In this document: positions 1 to 8,368 of the stretch, one piece after another
Position numbering within the stretch: position 1 is the first letter of the stretch
Layout: every line of letters starts with the position of its first letter
Source: Promethearchaeota archaeon
Lineage (GTDB): Archaea; Asgardarchaeota; Lokiarchaeia; Sigyniarchaeales; SOKP01
Length of the DNA: 19,531 bases
NCBI GenBank assembly: GCA_019894975.1
Contig: JAGXNO010000056.1
Location: 1-19,531, forward strand
Reading direction: 5' to 3'
The notes under the pieces: generated by a model
Database searches by the model: none
Seen by the model: only the letters and a program-made list of their open reading frames with translations
What the model was told of the DNA's origin: nothing
Position numbers and translations under genes: made by a program

Positions 1-117
1 ATCAATACCTCCTGTGACCGGAAAAGTTTCCTTTACCTCTGGAATATTATTTAATTCCTTTACAACAGATATAACAAAACCTGCTTTAATTTTCATTAAG
101 ACAAAACATAATGTCAC
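1..117 (-). CDS. Lrp/AsnC ligand-binding (RAM) domain protein, 5' part only (runs off the window edge)
   Basis: Hand translation from GTG at 117: (M)TLCFVLMKIKAGFVISVVKELNNIPEVKETFPVTGGID, matching the FVLxK...IPEVKExxxVTGxxD pattern of stand-alone RAM domains. An in-frame TAA lies 2 codons upstream. Not in the ORF track. Confidence 0.8.
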   Translation of the reverse strand, partial: MTLCFVLMKIKAGFVISVVKELNNIPEVKETFPVTGGID

Positions 118-193
118 TTTTTACACTCGCCTTATTAAAATAATTATAATTATAGTTAAGATTATCGTGAGAATTTAAAAGTTTTATAGTTAT

Positions 194-880
194 TTAGGGA
201 AAAAGCACTCTCTCAATTAAAAAGTAGAAGAAGATTGCACTACCTAAATATAAAACCATTACAATGAAAGCTGCTGGAAGTTTGTACCAATAATTTCTTT
301 CCTTGAGCGTGTCATAGAAATAATACGAACTTAAACCTAAGATAATCTCTGGTATAATAATATATAAAGCAATGTGACCGATCAATACTACATTCTGGGC
401 ATACCAAGATTGAAGCATCCACATCAATTGTTCTGATAACCCAAAAATTAACAATGACATTAGCACCACTGATAGATAACCTATTCTTTTTGAATAGCGT
501 TCTTGAAGCCGTTGGCCAATAAACACAATTAAAAATAGGGGAATGACCCATAAACCTGCCATATATCCTGAAACTGTGCCAATTTTAAACAAACCATCTT
601 CTGGAAAAACCAATACATTAACTTCAGCGGATAATACCCAATCTGGCCAAATCTGAAAAATACTGATAAGAAATACAAATAACCAGATATTCAGCCATGA
701 TTTATGATCTTGCCATATACTGACTATTAAAATCAGGAGATTGTAAATAATTACTAAAATAAACAGCTTAACTCCTATTTCAATACCAAACGGTATTAAA
801 ATTATCAATACACATGAAAAAACAAAAACTAAATGAGTAAATAAAGCGTCTTTTTCAATTTTAGTCAAAAAATTTAGCAT
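194..880 (-). CDS. Uncharacterised polytopic membrane protein (about 7 hydrophobic segments)
   Basis: 228-aa ORF with repeated hydrophobic stretches and a loop FQIWPDWVLS...LVFP...GYMAGLWVIP. No function recognised. Confidence 0.75.
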   Translation of the reverse strand: MLNFLTKIEKDALFTHLVFVFSCVLIILIPFGIEIGVKLFILVIIYNLLILIVSIWQDHKSWLNIWLFVFLISIFQIWPDWVLSAEVNVLVFPEDGLFKIGTVSGYMAGLWVIPLFLIVFIGQRLQERYSKRIGYLSVVLMSLLIFGLSEQLMWMLQSWYAQNVVLIGHIALYIIIPEIILGLSSYYFYDTLKERNYWYKLPAAFIVMVLYLGSAIFFYFLIERVLFP

Positions 881-963
881 TTTCTTCTAGATAATCTCTA
901 ATATTTTTTATAAGAAAATTAATTGTTTTTATTAACTTTAATTAATACAAAGAATTTTTTATC

Positions 964-969
964 AGGTGA
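964..969 (+). promoter_or_regulatory. Shine-Dalgarno AGGTGA
   Basis: AGGTGA 5 nt before ATG 975. Confidence 0.6.
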
Positions 970-974
970 GAACC

Positions 975-1736
975 ATGCAAGATGAGATTAATGATTTGGT
1001 TATAGGTTTTATTGAAGATTATAAACTAAGGCACTCGATCCAAACAAAATGGAGAGACCCACTCTTAGGATTTGCGAATGCTAAAGATCCAATTTTTCAG
1101 CAATTAAAGCAAGTAGTAGATGAAGATCATAAATTACCACAAGAAATGCTTGAAAATGCTAACAGTGTAATTAGCTTCTTTATCCCGTTCAATGATGGGG
1201 TTGTACTTAGCAATTCTAATGGCATAAATGCTTCAGAAAAATGGGCTATAGCCTACGTCGAAACTAATAAAGTAATAACTGAATTATCAAAGTTTTTAAC
1301 TAACTTTTTAAAAGATAAAAAGTACAATTGCGTTGAAATAGCACCCACACATAATTTTGACAAAAAAAAATTAAAAAGTTATTGGTCACACAAACATGCT
1401 GCTTACGTTGCAGGATTAGGAAAATTTGGGTTACATAAAATGCTTATAACGGAAAAAGGATGTTGCGGAAGATTGGGAAGTTTAATTACCTCGGCTATAA
1501 TTGATGCTACAGAAAGAAATGAAGACAATTATTGCCTTTACTTTCAGGATGGAAGTTGTACACAATGTGTTGATAGATGTTCTTTTGATGCATTACATAT
1601 AGATTCTTTTGACCGTCATAAATGTTACGAAATTTGCTTAAGGAATGGTCAACTTTACTCAAATTTAGGTAAATCAGATATGTGTGGAAAATGTGCTTGT
1701 GGGATTCCTTGTTCTTTAAAAAATCCTTGCAAATAA
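975..1736 (+). CDS. Epoxyqueuosine reductase (QueG)-like / reductive dehalogenase-fold 2x[4Fe-4S] protein
   Basis: SHKHAAYVAGLGKFG...LIT..G...RLGSLIT and Cys motifs C..CTQCVDRC and CYEIC..CGKCACGIPC. Start moved from GTG 966 to ATG 975 because the GTG lies inside AGGTGA (964-969), a Shine-Dalgarno motif. Confidence 0.8.
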   Translation: MQDEINDLVIGFIEDYKLRHSIQTKWRDPLLGFANAKDPIFQQLKQVVDEDHKLPQEMLENANSVISFFIPFNDGVVLSNSNGINASEKWAIAYVETNKVITELSKFLTNFLKDKKYNCVEIAPTHNFDKKKLKSYWSHKHAAYVAGLGKFGLHKMLITEKGCCGRLGSLITSAIIDATERNEDNYCLYFQDGSCTQCVDRCSFDALHIDSFDRHKCYEICLRNGQLYSNLGKSDMCGKCACGIPCSLKNPCK

Positions 1737-1765
1737 ATTAAGAATTAAATCAAGTTTAAAGAAAT

Positions 1766-1788
1766 TAAAAAAAAATATAAATAAAATT
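1766..1788 (-). terminator. Oligo-T archaeal-type terminator after the MFS gene
   Basis: The minus strand reads TTTTATTTATATTTTTTTTT just after the stop at 1789. Confidence 0.45.
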
Positions 1789-3213
1789 TTAGGCTGGTTT
1801 TAATTCAGGATGCTGCTCCAATTCCTTTCTCATTTTTTCAAGTTTCTCCCCATGCAAATCATAAACTTTAAAGAAAATAATCGCGCCTACAAGTGCTATT
1901 GCGGGAAATACAAACATTAATGCTTTTAACCCAAGATCTCTTAATCCGGGATCAGCGATAATAGGCTCGTATTCACTCCATCCGGTTCCTGAAAATATAA
2001 TATAAATAGTGGTTATTACAAGAATAGTTGAAAACCTATGAATAAATGCATTTACCCCATAATAACTTGCTGCACGTTTTACACCGAATTTTAATGAATC
2101 TTGATCTATGACATCACCATGAATTAAGTCAATATAAAATAAGGCTGCTGATAAACCAAAACCAATTGCAAAAAATATTAACATCGCAAAGGTTCTACTC
2201 AATGCATTATTTGATAGGAAAATTAAGGGGAATAGAGTAACAATCCAGATTCCTAATCCAAGCATTAAGCCTTTACGTGTTCCGATCCTAGCTCTAATTC
2301 TAGATTGCACAGGTTGGAATATTGCTGCAGAAAGAAGCGCTATCATCAAGGTTATACCAATCATAAGAGAACCTTCAGCAATCCCTAAAATAAAGACGGC
2401 AAATAGTGGAAATACAGTTAGCAACACGTTAAAGCAATACCAAACAAGCATATTTCCTAACGTAAACTTTAGAAAAGTTTTATTTGAAAAAGTAATCTTG
2501 AGAGATTCAAAAAATCCTGGCCTTTTTCCGAACGCAGCTTCATTCTCCTCCTTTTCTTCAACAGCAAAGAAGATAAACAATATCGACATAATTAACACAA
2601 TCAAGAACAAGACTATCCCCGACATAATATACATTGATTTAATGCTAGCAACTTCAGCTGCATAACCTGGATCAAGTTTATCAAGAGTTGGAACTAAAGG
2701 ATCAATAACGATTGTAGGAATAAGGGATGCCAATATTACAGCAATCATTGTAAAGGCTTTTATAAACACATTTACACCGGCTCTTTTTTGTTCAGTTGGA
2801 AACATTTCGGGAAATACAGCATTAGTATTAACTGAAAACATTGTATAAAAGAATTCAAATGTAAAAATTATAAAAATAAAATAAACAAACTCAACATTTG
2901 CAGGAACCGTGTAAAGGACTATCATCATTAAAGCCAATGGTATAAATGAAATTAACAAATAGAATTTTCTCTTCCCTAACTTACCTTTTTGCTTGGTTCT
3001 TTCGCTTAATGCACCAAGGAGAGGATCATTTACCATATTCCATAAACCCCATAAAATAAAGCCGATCCATATCTCAAACATGGTCAGTCCTACAACAGCA
3101 AAATAAAACGTAAAAACATAGATAGTAAACGCCTGATATGTTAATTGATCTCCAAATGCTGACGTAGCAAAAAGTAATTTCTGTTTAAGTCTTCTACTTC
3201 GTTCTTCACTCAT
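1789..3213 (-). CDS. MFS transporter, glycoside-pentoside-hexuronide (MelB/GPH, MFS_2) family
   Basis: About 12 TM segments; WNMVNDPLLGALSERT..LGKRK motif; DVIDQD..G.KRAASYYG motif of the GPH C-terminal half. Confidence 0.9.
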   Translation of the reverse strand: MSEERSRRLKQKLLFATSAFGDQLTYQAFTIYVFTFYFAVVGLTMFEIWIGFILWGLWNMVNDPLLGALSERTKQKGKLGKRKFYLLISFIPLALMMIVLYTVPANVEFVYFIFIIFTFEFFYTMFSVNTNAVFPEMFPTEQKRAGVNVFIKAFTMIAVILASLIPTIVIDPLVPTLDKLDPGYAAEVASIKSMYIMSGIVLFLIVLIMSILFIFFAVEEKEENEAAFGKRPGFFESLKITFSNKTFLKFTLGNMLVWYCFNVLLTVFPLFAVFILGIAEGSLMIGITLMIALLSAAIFQPVQSRIRARIGTRKGLMLGLGIWIVTLFPLIFLSNNALSRTFAMLIFFAIGFGLSAALFYIDLIHGDVIDQDSLKFGVKRAASYYGVNAFIHRFSTILVITTIYIIFSGTGWSEYEPIIADPGLRDLGLKALMFVFPAIALVGAIIFFKVYDLHGEKLEKMRKELEQHPELKPA

Positions 3214-3371
3214 TTAAAATCACTACACTAAAGCAAATTTTTAACAAATATAGTTAAACTTATTTAAATCTTGTTCTATTTAAAACTATTTCAGTAGAGT
3301 TATAAAAAATAAAATCTTCTTTATTTCAAAAATGTATAAAATAGTTATAATAAACAGAATGTGAATGGAAT

Positions 3372-3956
3372 ATGACCGATTTAGATTTGATAGTTACTTA
3401 TTTTGAGAAGGGTGGACCTCATAATACCGATAAAGCTTTAAAAGTCGCTAAAAAATATGCTGAAGAGTTTACTATTAGGGATATTATTATGGCAAGCACA
3501 ACAGGAACAACAGCAGAGTTATCACTTGATTTGTTTGACCCGGAGAAGTTTAACTTAGTAGTTATAACACACTCATATTATTTCGCTGGAGTAAACATGC
3601 GCCAGGAATTTCCCGAAGAAAAAATGGCTCACCTAAAGGATAAAGGTTTGAAATTTTTTACAGGTACTCATGCTTTTGCAGGTCCAGAAAGGAGTATGAG
3701 AATTTCACTCAAACAATGGGGGCCTGTTGAGATAATGGCTAAATATCTACGCACAGGTTTTAGTCAAGGTACGAAGGTTTGTATGGAAATTGCGACCATG
3801 GCTGTTGATGCGGGGTTAATTGAAGATATTGATAAAGATATTATATGTATAGGAGGGACTGGCCGTGGAGCAGATACTGTATGCATTATTAAGCCTGCAC
3901 CTACTAGTTTATTTGATAAATTACGAGTTAAAATGATACTCTGTAAACCAATATAA
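3372..3956 (+). CDS. Pyruvate kinase C-terminal alpha/beta domain-like protein (MTH1675/COG1751 family)
   Basis: YFEKGGPHNT, ASTTGTTA, VVITH, GTHAF, FSQGTKVCMEIATMAVDAG, GGTGRGADT and CKP motifs. Confidence 0.85.
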   Translation: MTDLDLIVTYFEKGGPHNTDKALKVAKKYAEEFTIRDIIMASTTGTTAELSLDLFDPEKFNLVVITHSYYFAGVNMRQEFPEEKMAHLKDKGLKFFTGTHAFAGPERSMRISLKQWGPVEIMAKYLRTGFSQGTKVCMEIATMAVDAGLIEDIDKDIICIGGTGRGADTVCIIKPAPTSLFDKLRVKMILCKPI

Positions 3957-3996
3957 TGACTGAAAAGAATAGAAAGAAATGAAATAAAAATGAGAT

Positions 3997-5184
3997 TTAA
4001 ATAATTTTTAATTTTTTTCCAACTTTTTCTATAGCGCTTAATGCCGTGTTTAAATCTTCTTTGGTAAGTAGGGCATTCATCTGAACACGAATTCTAGAAA
4101 GTTCTTTTGCAACCATAGGAAATACAATAGGTGTTCCATAAACATTTTCTTCTTCAAAAAGCATTCTTGCAAGCTCTTGAGCTTTACCGGGATCACCAAT
4201 AATTAATGGAATGATTGGCGTTTCTGAATTTCCTGTGTCATAACCCATACTTTGTACTTCTTTTTTAAAGTAATTTGTATTGCCCCATACGTTTTTTACA
4301 TGTTGTGGCTCATTCTCAACCACTTCAATAGAAGCGATATTGGCGGCTACAACTCCAGGAGGGTGTGCGGTACTAAGTAAATAAGTTCTGCTTTTATTCG
4401 CACAAAATTCAATTAAATCTTTTGAACCGGCAACAGTACCACCAAAAACTCCAAATCCTTTACTCATTGATCCTCCTTCAACATGAACTTTTCCTTGTAA
4501 ATTAAAATGAGCAACTATACCTCGACCTTCTCCCAAAACACCTTCCCCATGGCAATCGTCAACAAAAATCATAGCTCCAAATTCTTCTGCTACTTTTGCA
4601 ATTCCTGGTAAAGGTGCCATATCACCATCCATAGAAAATACACCGTCAGTTATTATACAGATACGTCTTACCCCTTCTTTCTCTGCTTCCTTTAGTTGTT
4701 TTTCTAAATCCCCAACATCATTATGCTTATAGATACCTCTTTTTGCTCCAGATAAACGTACACCATCGATAATAGAACCATGATTTAGTTCATCTGATAC
4801 AACAATATCTGGCTTACCTACCAACATTGGGATTAAGCCTGAATTTACAGCAAATCCGGTTTGACATAGAATTGAAGCTTCCACTTCTTTAAATTTAGCG
4901 AATTTATCTTGAAATTCTCTTGTTAAATCAAAACTTCCTGCTATAACGGGAACTGCCCCTGCTCCAGCACCATACTTTTTTGTGGCTTCTATCGCAGCTT
5001 GAATAATTTTAGGGTGGGTTGCAAGGCCGAGATAATTATTGGTATTAAGCATTAATACTTTTTTACCATCAACAGTAGAATGAGGTTTAGACCCTTCCTC
5101 CAGATATCTAATAATCCACTCTAAGTTATTATTTCTTAGTTCGGTCATATCCTCCTTAAGGAACGCGACTGGATCTCTTTTCAT
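3997..5184 (-). CDS. kbl: 2-amino-3-ketobutyrate CoA ligase (glycine C-acetyltransferase), PLP-dependent
   Basis: NNYLGLA, SDELNHGSIIDG, TDGVFSMDGD, VDDCHG, SMSK (PLP Lys), RIRVQM; divergent from tdh; SD GGTGA before the ATG. Confidence 0.9.
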   Translation of the reverse strand: MKRDPVAFLKEDMTELRNNNLEWIIRYLEEGSKPHSTVDGKKVLMLNTNNYLGLATHPKIIQAAIEATKKYGAGAGAVPVIAGSFDLTREFQDKFAKFKEVEASILCQTGFAVNSGLIPMLVGKPDIVVSDELNHGSIIDGVRLSGAKRGIYKHNDVGDLEKQLKEAEKEGVRRICIITDGVFSMDGDMAPLPGIAKVAEEFGAMIFVDDCHGEGVLGEGRGIVAHFNLQGKVHVEGGSMSKGFGVFGGTVAGSKDLIEFCANKSRTYLLSTAHPPGVVAANIASIEVVENEPQHVKNVWGNTNYFKKEVQSMGYDTGNSETPIIPLIIGDPGKAQELARMLFEEENVYGTPIVFPMVAKELSRIRVQMNALLTKEDLNTALSAIEKVGKKLKII

Positions 5185-5241
5185 AATATCACCATATTTT
5201 TTTTAACCAAGTCATAGAAATTAATATTTATTGGTATTCTG

Positions 5242-5258
5242 AAAACTATATTAGTTTT
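5242..5258. promoter_or_regulatory. Inverted repeat AAAACTA-TAT-TAGTTTT in the kbl/tdh divergent promoter region (candidate operator)
   Basis: Perfect 7-bp arms with a 3-nt spacer, but AT-rich. Confidence 0.35.
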
Positions 5259-5358
5259 TCTTATGAGGGTATTAAGTGGGAAATTAATAAATAAACCTTA
5301 TTTAATGGAGTAAATTATGATTTATACTGATATTTTGAAATGTTAAAGCCTGATAAAA

Positions 5359-6309
5359 ATGAGAAGAATTCTTGTAATTGGAGCAGCAGGTCAAATCGGA
5401 AGTGAATTAGTACCTTTTCTAAGAAATAAATATGGAAATGGTAATGTAATTGCTACTGGGAGAAAAACTCCACTTCCAGATGTTATTAAAAATTCTGGTC
5501 CGGTTATATATTTGGATGCTTTAGAGAAAAACCGACTCTCAGAAGTTCTATATGAGTATGAAATTGACACCATTTATCATATGGCATCAATACTATCTGC
5601 TACGGGAGAAAAAATACCTCAAACGGCGTGGGATATAAATATTAACGGATTGATCAACGTTTTAGAGGTAGGTCGAAGCTATAAAGTAGATAAAATTATC
5701 TGGCCAAGTTCAATAGCTGCATTTGGTCCTACAACTCCAAGAGAAAATACACCAAACATTACCGTGCTCCAGCCAACAACAATGTATGGCATTACAAAAG
5801 TCGCGGGAGAGTTACTAGCTGAGTATTATTATAAAAAGTATGATTTAGATGTGAGATCAATGAGGTTACCAGGAATTATTAGTAGTGAGACTTTACCTGG
5901 TGGCGGAACGACAGATTATGCTGTAGAAATCTTTTATGAAGCAATTAAGAATAATAAATATACTTGTTTTTTGAGGGAAGATACGGTACTACCCATGATG
6001 TATCAACCTGACTGTCTTAAATGCATGGTTGATCTGTTAGAAGCAGATAATTCCAAATTGAAAAGACGAGTCTACAATATAACTGGGATGAGCTTCTCTG
6101 CAGGTGAAATAGCTGCAGAAATTAAAAAACATATTCCTGATTTTGAAATAGATTACAAACCAGATTTTAGACAAGAGATTGCAGATTCTTGGCCTAAATC
6201 AATTGATGATTCGCTTGCTCGTGAAGAATGGGGTTGGAATCCTACATATGACCTGTCTTCTATGACTAAAGACATGATCGAAATATTGAGTAAAAGATTA
6301 ATAAAATAG
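5359..6309 (+). CDS. tdh: L-threonine 3-dehydrogenase, SDR (GalE-like) type
   Basis: GAAGQIG, ILSATGE, PSSIAAFG, MYGITK (YxxxK), PGGGTTDYAV, RQEIADSWP; adjacent to kbl. Confidence 0.9.
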   Translation: MRRILVIGAAGQIGSELVPFLRNKYGNGNVIATGRKTPLPDVIKNSGPVIYLDALEKNRLSEVLYEYEIDTIYHMASILSATGEKIPQTAWDININGLINVLEVGRSYKVDKIIWPSSIAAFGPTTPRENTPNITVLQPTTMYGITKVAGELLAEYYYKKYDLDVRSMRLPGIISSETLPGGGTTDYAVEIFYEAIKNNKYTCFLREDTVLPMMYQPDCLKCMVDLLEADNSKLKRRVYNITGMSFSAGEIAAEIKKHIPDFEIDYKPDFRQEIADSWPKSIDDSLAREEWGWNPTYDLSSMTKDMIEILSKRLIK

Positions 6310-6310
6310 G

Positions 6311-6338
6311 AATAAATCTTATTTCTCAATTCTTTTTA
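6311..6338 (+). repeat. Direct repeat A, copy 1 (AATAAATCTTATTTCTCAATTCTTTTTA); may also act as the tdh terminator
   Basis: 25/28 ungapped identity to 8309-8336 (20 of the first 21 nt). Confidence 0.65.
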
Positions 6339-6370
6339 ACTATTAAATACTCGAGAACGTATGTTAAACT

Positions 6371-7231
6371 TTATGAAAAGAATTTCTTCCTTAATTCATT
6401 ATGAAAAGTTGCCCCTTTTTCTGGAAGCGAATGATATTTTTTCTTGTTAATAAGGCTTCTAGTCGCTCTCGATCCTATTGATTTGGATGGATTAAATCTT
6501 CTCATAAATTCTAATTCTTCTGTGGTGGGAGGTGTTGTCTCTGACAAATCTGGAGATACTTTTAAATCCCATGGAATATCGCTTTTAATTTGTTCAACTG
6601 TAATTCCAGGATGATTATGGGCAAGAAACATCTCTTTACTTACGGGATCAAACTCGAAAATACCCTTTCTACTAATAAGTTTACATGGTCCACTTCCTTT
6701 CAAAAAGTGACCGGAATCATCTCTGCTATCACCCCCATCTAAATATCCTGGAGAGGTTAAATAATCAAGTTTTTCTACAAATTGACCCCTGTTTAAGGTT
6801 AGGATTGTTCGTTTAGCATAAGAAATAAAATCTGCAGCTCCTCCCGAACCTGGTAGTCGTCTTTCAAAATTATCATAATCTCCTATAACTGTTGAATTTA
6901 CATTTCCAAATTTATCAACCTGCCCAACACCTAGGAAGCAAGAATCAACAAAACCACGATATGTATGAGTTGCGAAAATAGAAAACAAATCTGTTGAATA
7001 AGAGAATCCTCTACAAGCCTCTACATCTGCAATACCAATTAAAGGAATTAATGGATCAAAACCTATCATGCCAGATTCCGTAATTAAAATCGCACTTTTG
7101 GCATGTAATCCCTTTGCTAAGGCACATGCAGTTACAGGAATACCTGCGCCAATAACAACATTTTCATAATCACAGATTTCTCGAGCAATTGAAATATTTA
7201 ATAATTCATCAATTGAATAACGATTACTCAT
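6371..7231 (-). CDS. Family I CoA-transferase beta subunit (glutaconate CoA-transferase GctB-like)
   Basis: VIGAGIP, ITESG (catalytic Glu position), FLGVGQVDKFGNVNSTVIG, RLPGSGGA, TSPGYL; 8-nt overlap with the alpha subunit. Confidence 0.9.
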   Translation of the reverse strand: MSNRYSIDELLNISIAREICDYENVVIGAGIPVTACALAKGLHAKSAILITESGMIGFDPLIPLIGIADVEACRGFSYSTDLFSIFATHTYRGFVDSCFLGVGQVDKFGNVNSTVIGDYDNFERRLPGSGGAADFISYAKRTILTLNRGQFVEKLDYLTSPGYLDGGDSRDDSGHFLKGSGPCKLISRKGIFEFDPVSKEMFLAHNHPGITVEQIKSDIPWDLKVSPDLSETTPPTTEELEFMRRFNPSKSIGSRATRSLINKKKYHSLPEKGATFHNELRKKFFS

Positions 7232-8261
7232 GAAAAATTCCCTCCTTTTCCATTATTTTTTCAATTTCTTCGTATTTTATTCCCAACGTTGTGTGTATAC
7301 CATTATTATCCCAACTTGGATGAGGTTCACCATAATTTGTTGGGACTGAATAAAATGGTTTACATCTAAGAGAATTTAACATATTGCTTCCATAAAATTC
7401 ACCATATTTCTGAATGTAAGCATTATGATCTTCACACCCGTAAACCCATTCGTCCAACCATCTTTTTGTTCTTTCATCTGATGTCATTAAACCGAAAGCC
7501 CAATCGTTAAAAAAATCATCACCTCTATAATATCCTGCTACTGGGGTTGGATGTGCTCCAAATTTAGTCTCGACAACGGCATTAGTTCTATAAGCCGGAA
7601 TGATTGTACAATGAGGGCTTGACTGAATGACTTCATGGTCAACGATCTCTTCACATGATACAACAATCTTTTTACTTGCAAGAGCAGCGGCTTGAATGCT
7701 TCCCATTGCACCCCAGTATTGGGCATTTCCATATTTGTCCGCTCTTTGTACGTGTACTATGCACACATCAGGATTTGCAGCAGGTACTGTAAGAATATCT
7801 TTTCCTGTATAAGGACACTTAATCAGTTTAAATTTGTTTTCCCCCATAAATGTCCTTTTTCTGAAAAGATCTGTATCAATAGCACCTTCAAGCACAGGCA
7901 TGAACGAAAAACCATACATCCCCGCCTGAAGCCGTGCATTATAATGAAAATTTGAATATTCTTCTACTTCAATTTCTCCACTCTGCATTCCGCGAATCAC
8001 GTTACCGTTTCCACGAATGACAGATATAAAATTAGTGATTATCTTATCTATACAATTCGCTCCAGTTAAATATTCAAGATCAATATGACTAGATTGTGAA
8101 TAAACAGTAAGGTGTTTCTTTTTTTGTCTTATTACTTCCGATGCTAATGCAACGCATATCGAAAGTGTATAATTCCCAAGTATTAAATCATCGCCATCTT
8201 TTACATTATTACTAATAGCGTCCTTTAGACTCATAACCTTATTATTTGTATTAACCATCAT
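7224..8261 (-). CDS. Family I CoA-transferase alpha subunit (GctA-like)
   Basis: MSLKDAI..VKDGD, CPYTG, PDVCIVHVQRADKYGNAQ, VSCEEIV, GAHP. Start placed at ATG 8261 (or 8258) rather than TTG 8327, whose 22-aa extension lies in repeat-containing intergenic DNA. Confidence 0.88.
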   Translation of the reverse strand: MMVNTNNKVMSLKDAISNNVKDGDDLILGNYTLSICVALASEVIRQKKKHLTVYSQSSHIDLEYLTGANCIDKIITNFISVIRGNGNVIRGMQSGEIEVEEYSNFHYNARLQAGMYGFSFMPVLEGAIDTDLFRKRTFMGENKFKLIKCPYTGKDILTVPAANPDVCIVHVQRADKYGNAQYWGAMGSIQAAALASKKIVVSCEEIVDHEVIQSSPHCTIIPAYRTNAVVETKFGAHPTPVAGYYRGDDFFNDWAFGLMTSDERTKRWLDEWVYGCEDHNAYIQKYGEFYGSNMLNSLRCKPFYSVPTNYGEPHPSWDNNGIHTTLGIKYEEIEKIMEKEGIFHE

Positions 8262-8277
8262 TCTTTCAACTTTGATA

Positions 8278-8297
8278 CTAATATTATCTAATATTAT
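8278..8297. repeat. Tandem 10-bp repeat (CTAATATTAT)x2 in the divergent CoA-transferase/HDAC promoter region
   Basis: Perfect tandem copies, each containing the palindrome TAATATTA. Confidence 0.55.
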
Positions 8298-8308
8298 TGG
8301 CAAATAAT

Positions 8309-8336
8309 AATAAATATTATTTCTCAATTTCTTTTA
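8309..8336 (+). repeat. Direct repeat A, copy 2 (AATAAATATTATTTCTCAATTTCTTTTA)
   Basis: 25/28 identity to 6311-6338. Confidence 0.65.
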
Positions 8337-8368
8337 TTATCATCTAATTCAAATGGAGAATTATGTAA

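Noticed and set aside
1753-1770. 16/18 match AGTTTAAAGAAATTAAAA to 16683-16700
   Set aside because: Low-complexity A-rich sequence between convergent genes, explained by terminator composition.
3240-3258. TTTAAC-N7-GTTAAA inverted repeat upstream of the MFS gene as another copy of repeat B
   Set aside because: The AAC-GTT spacing differs (7 vs 9 nt) and there is no flanking similarity. It is at most a weak operator candidate.
8262-8327. 22-aa N-terminal extension of the CoA-transferase alpha subunit from TTG 8327
   Set aside because: It runs through AT-rich tandem and direct repeats, and family-like sequence begins only after ATG 8261.
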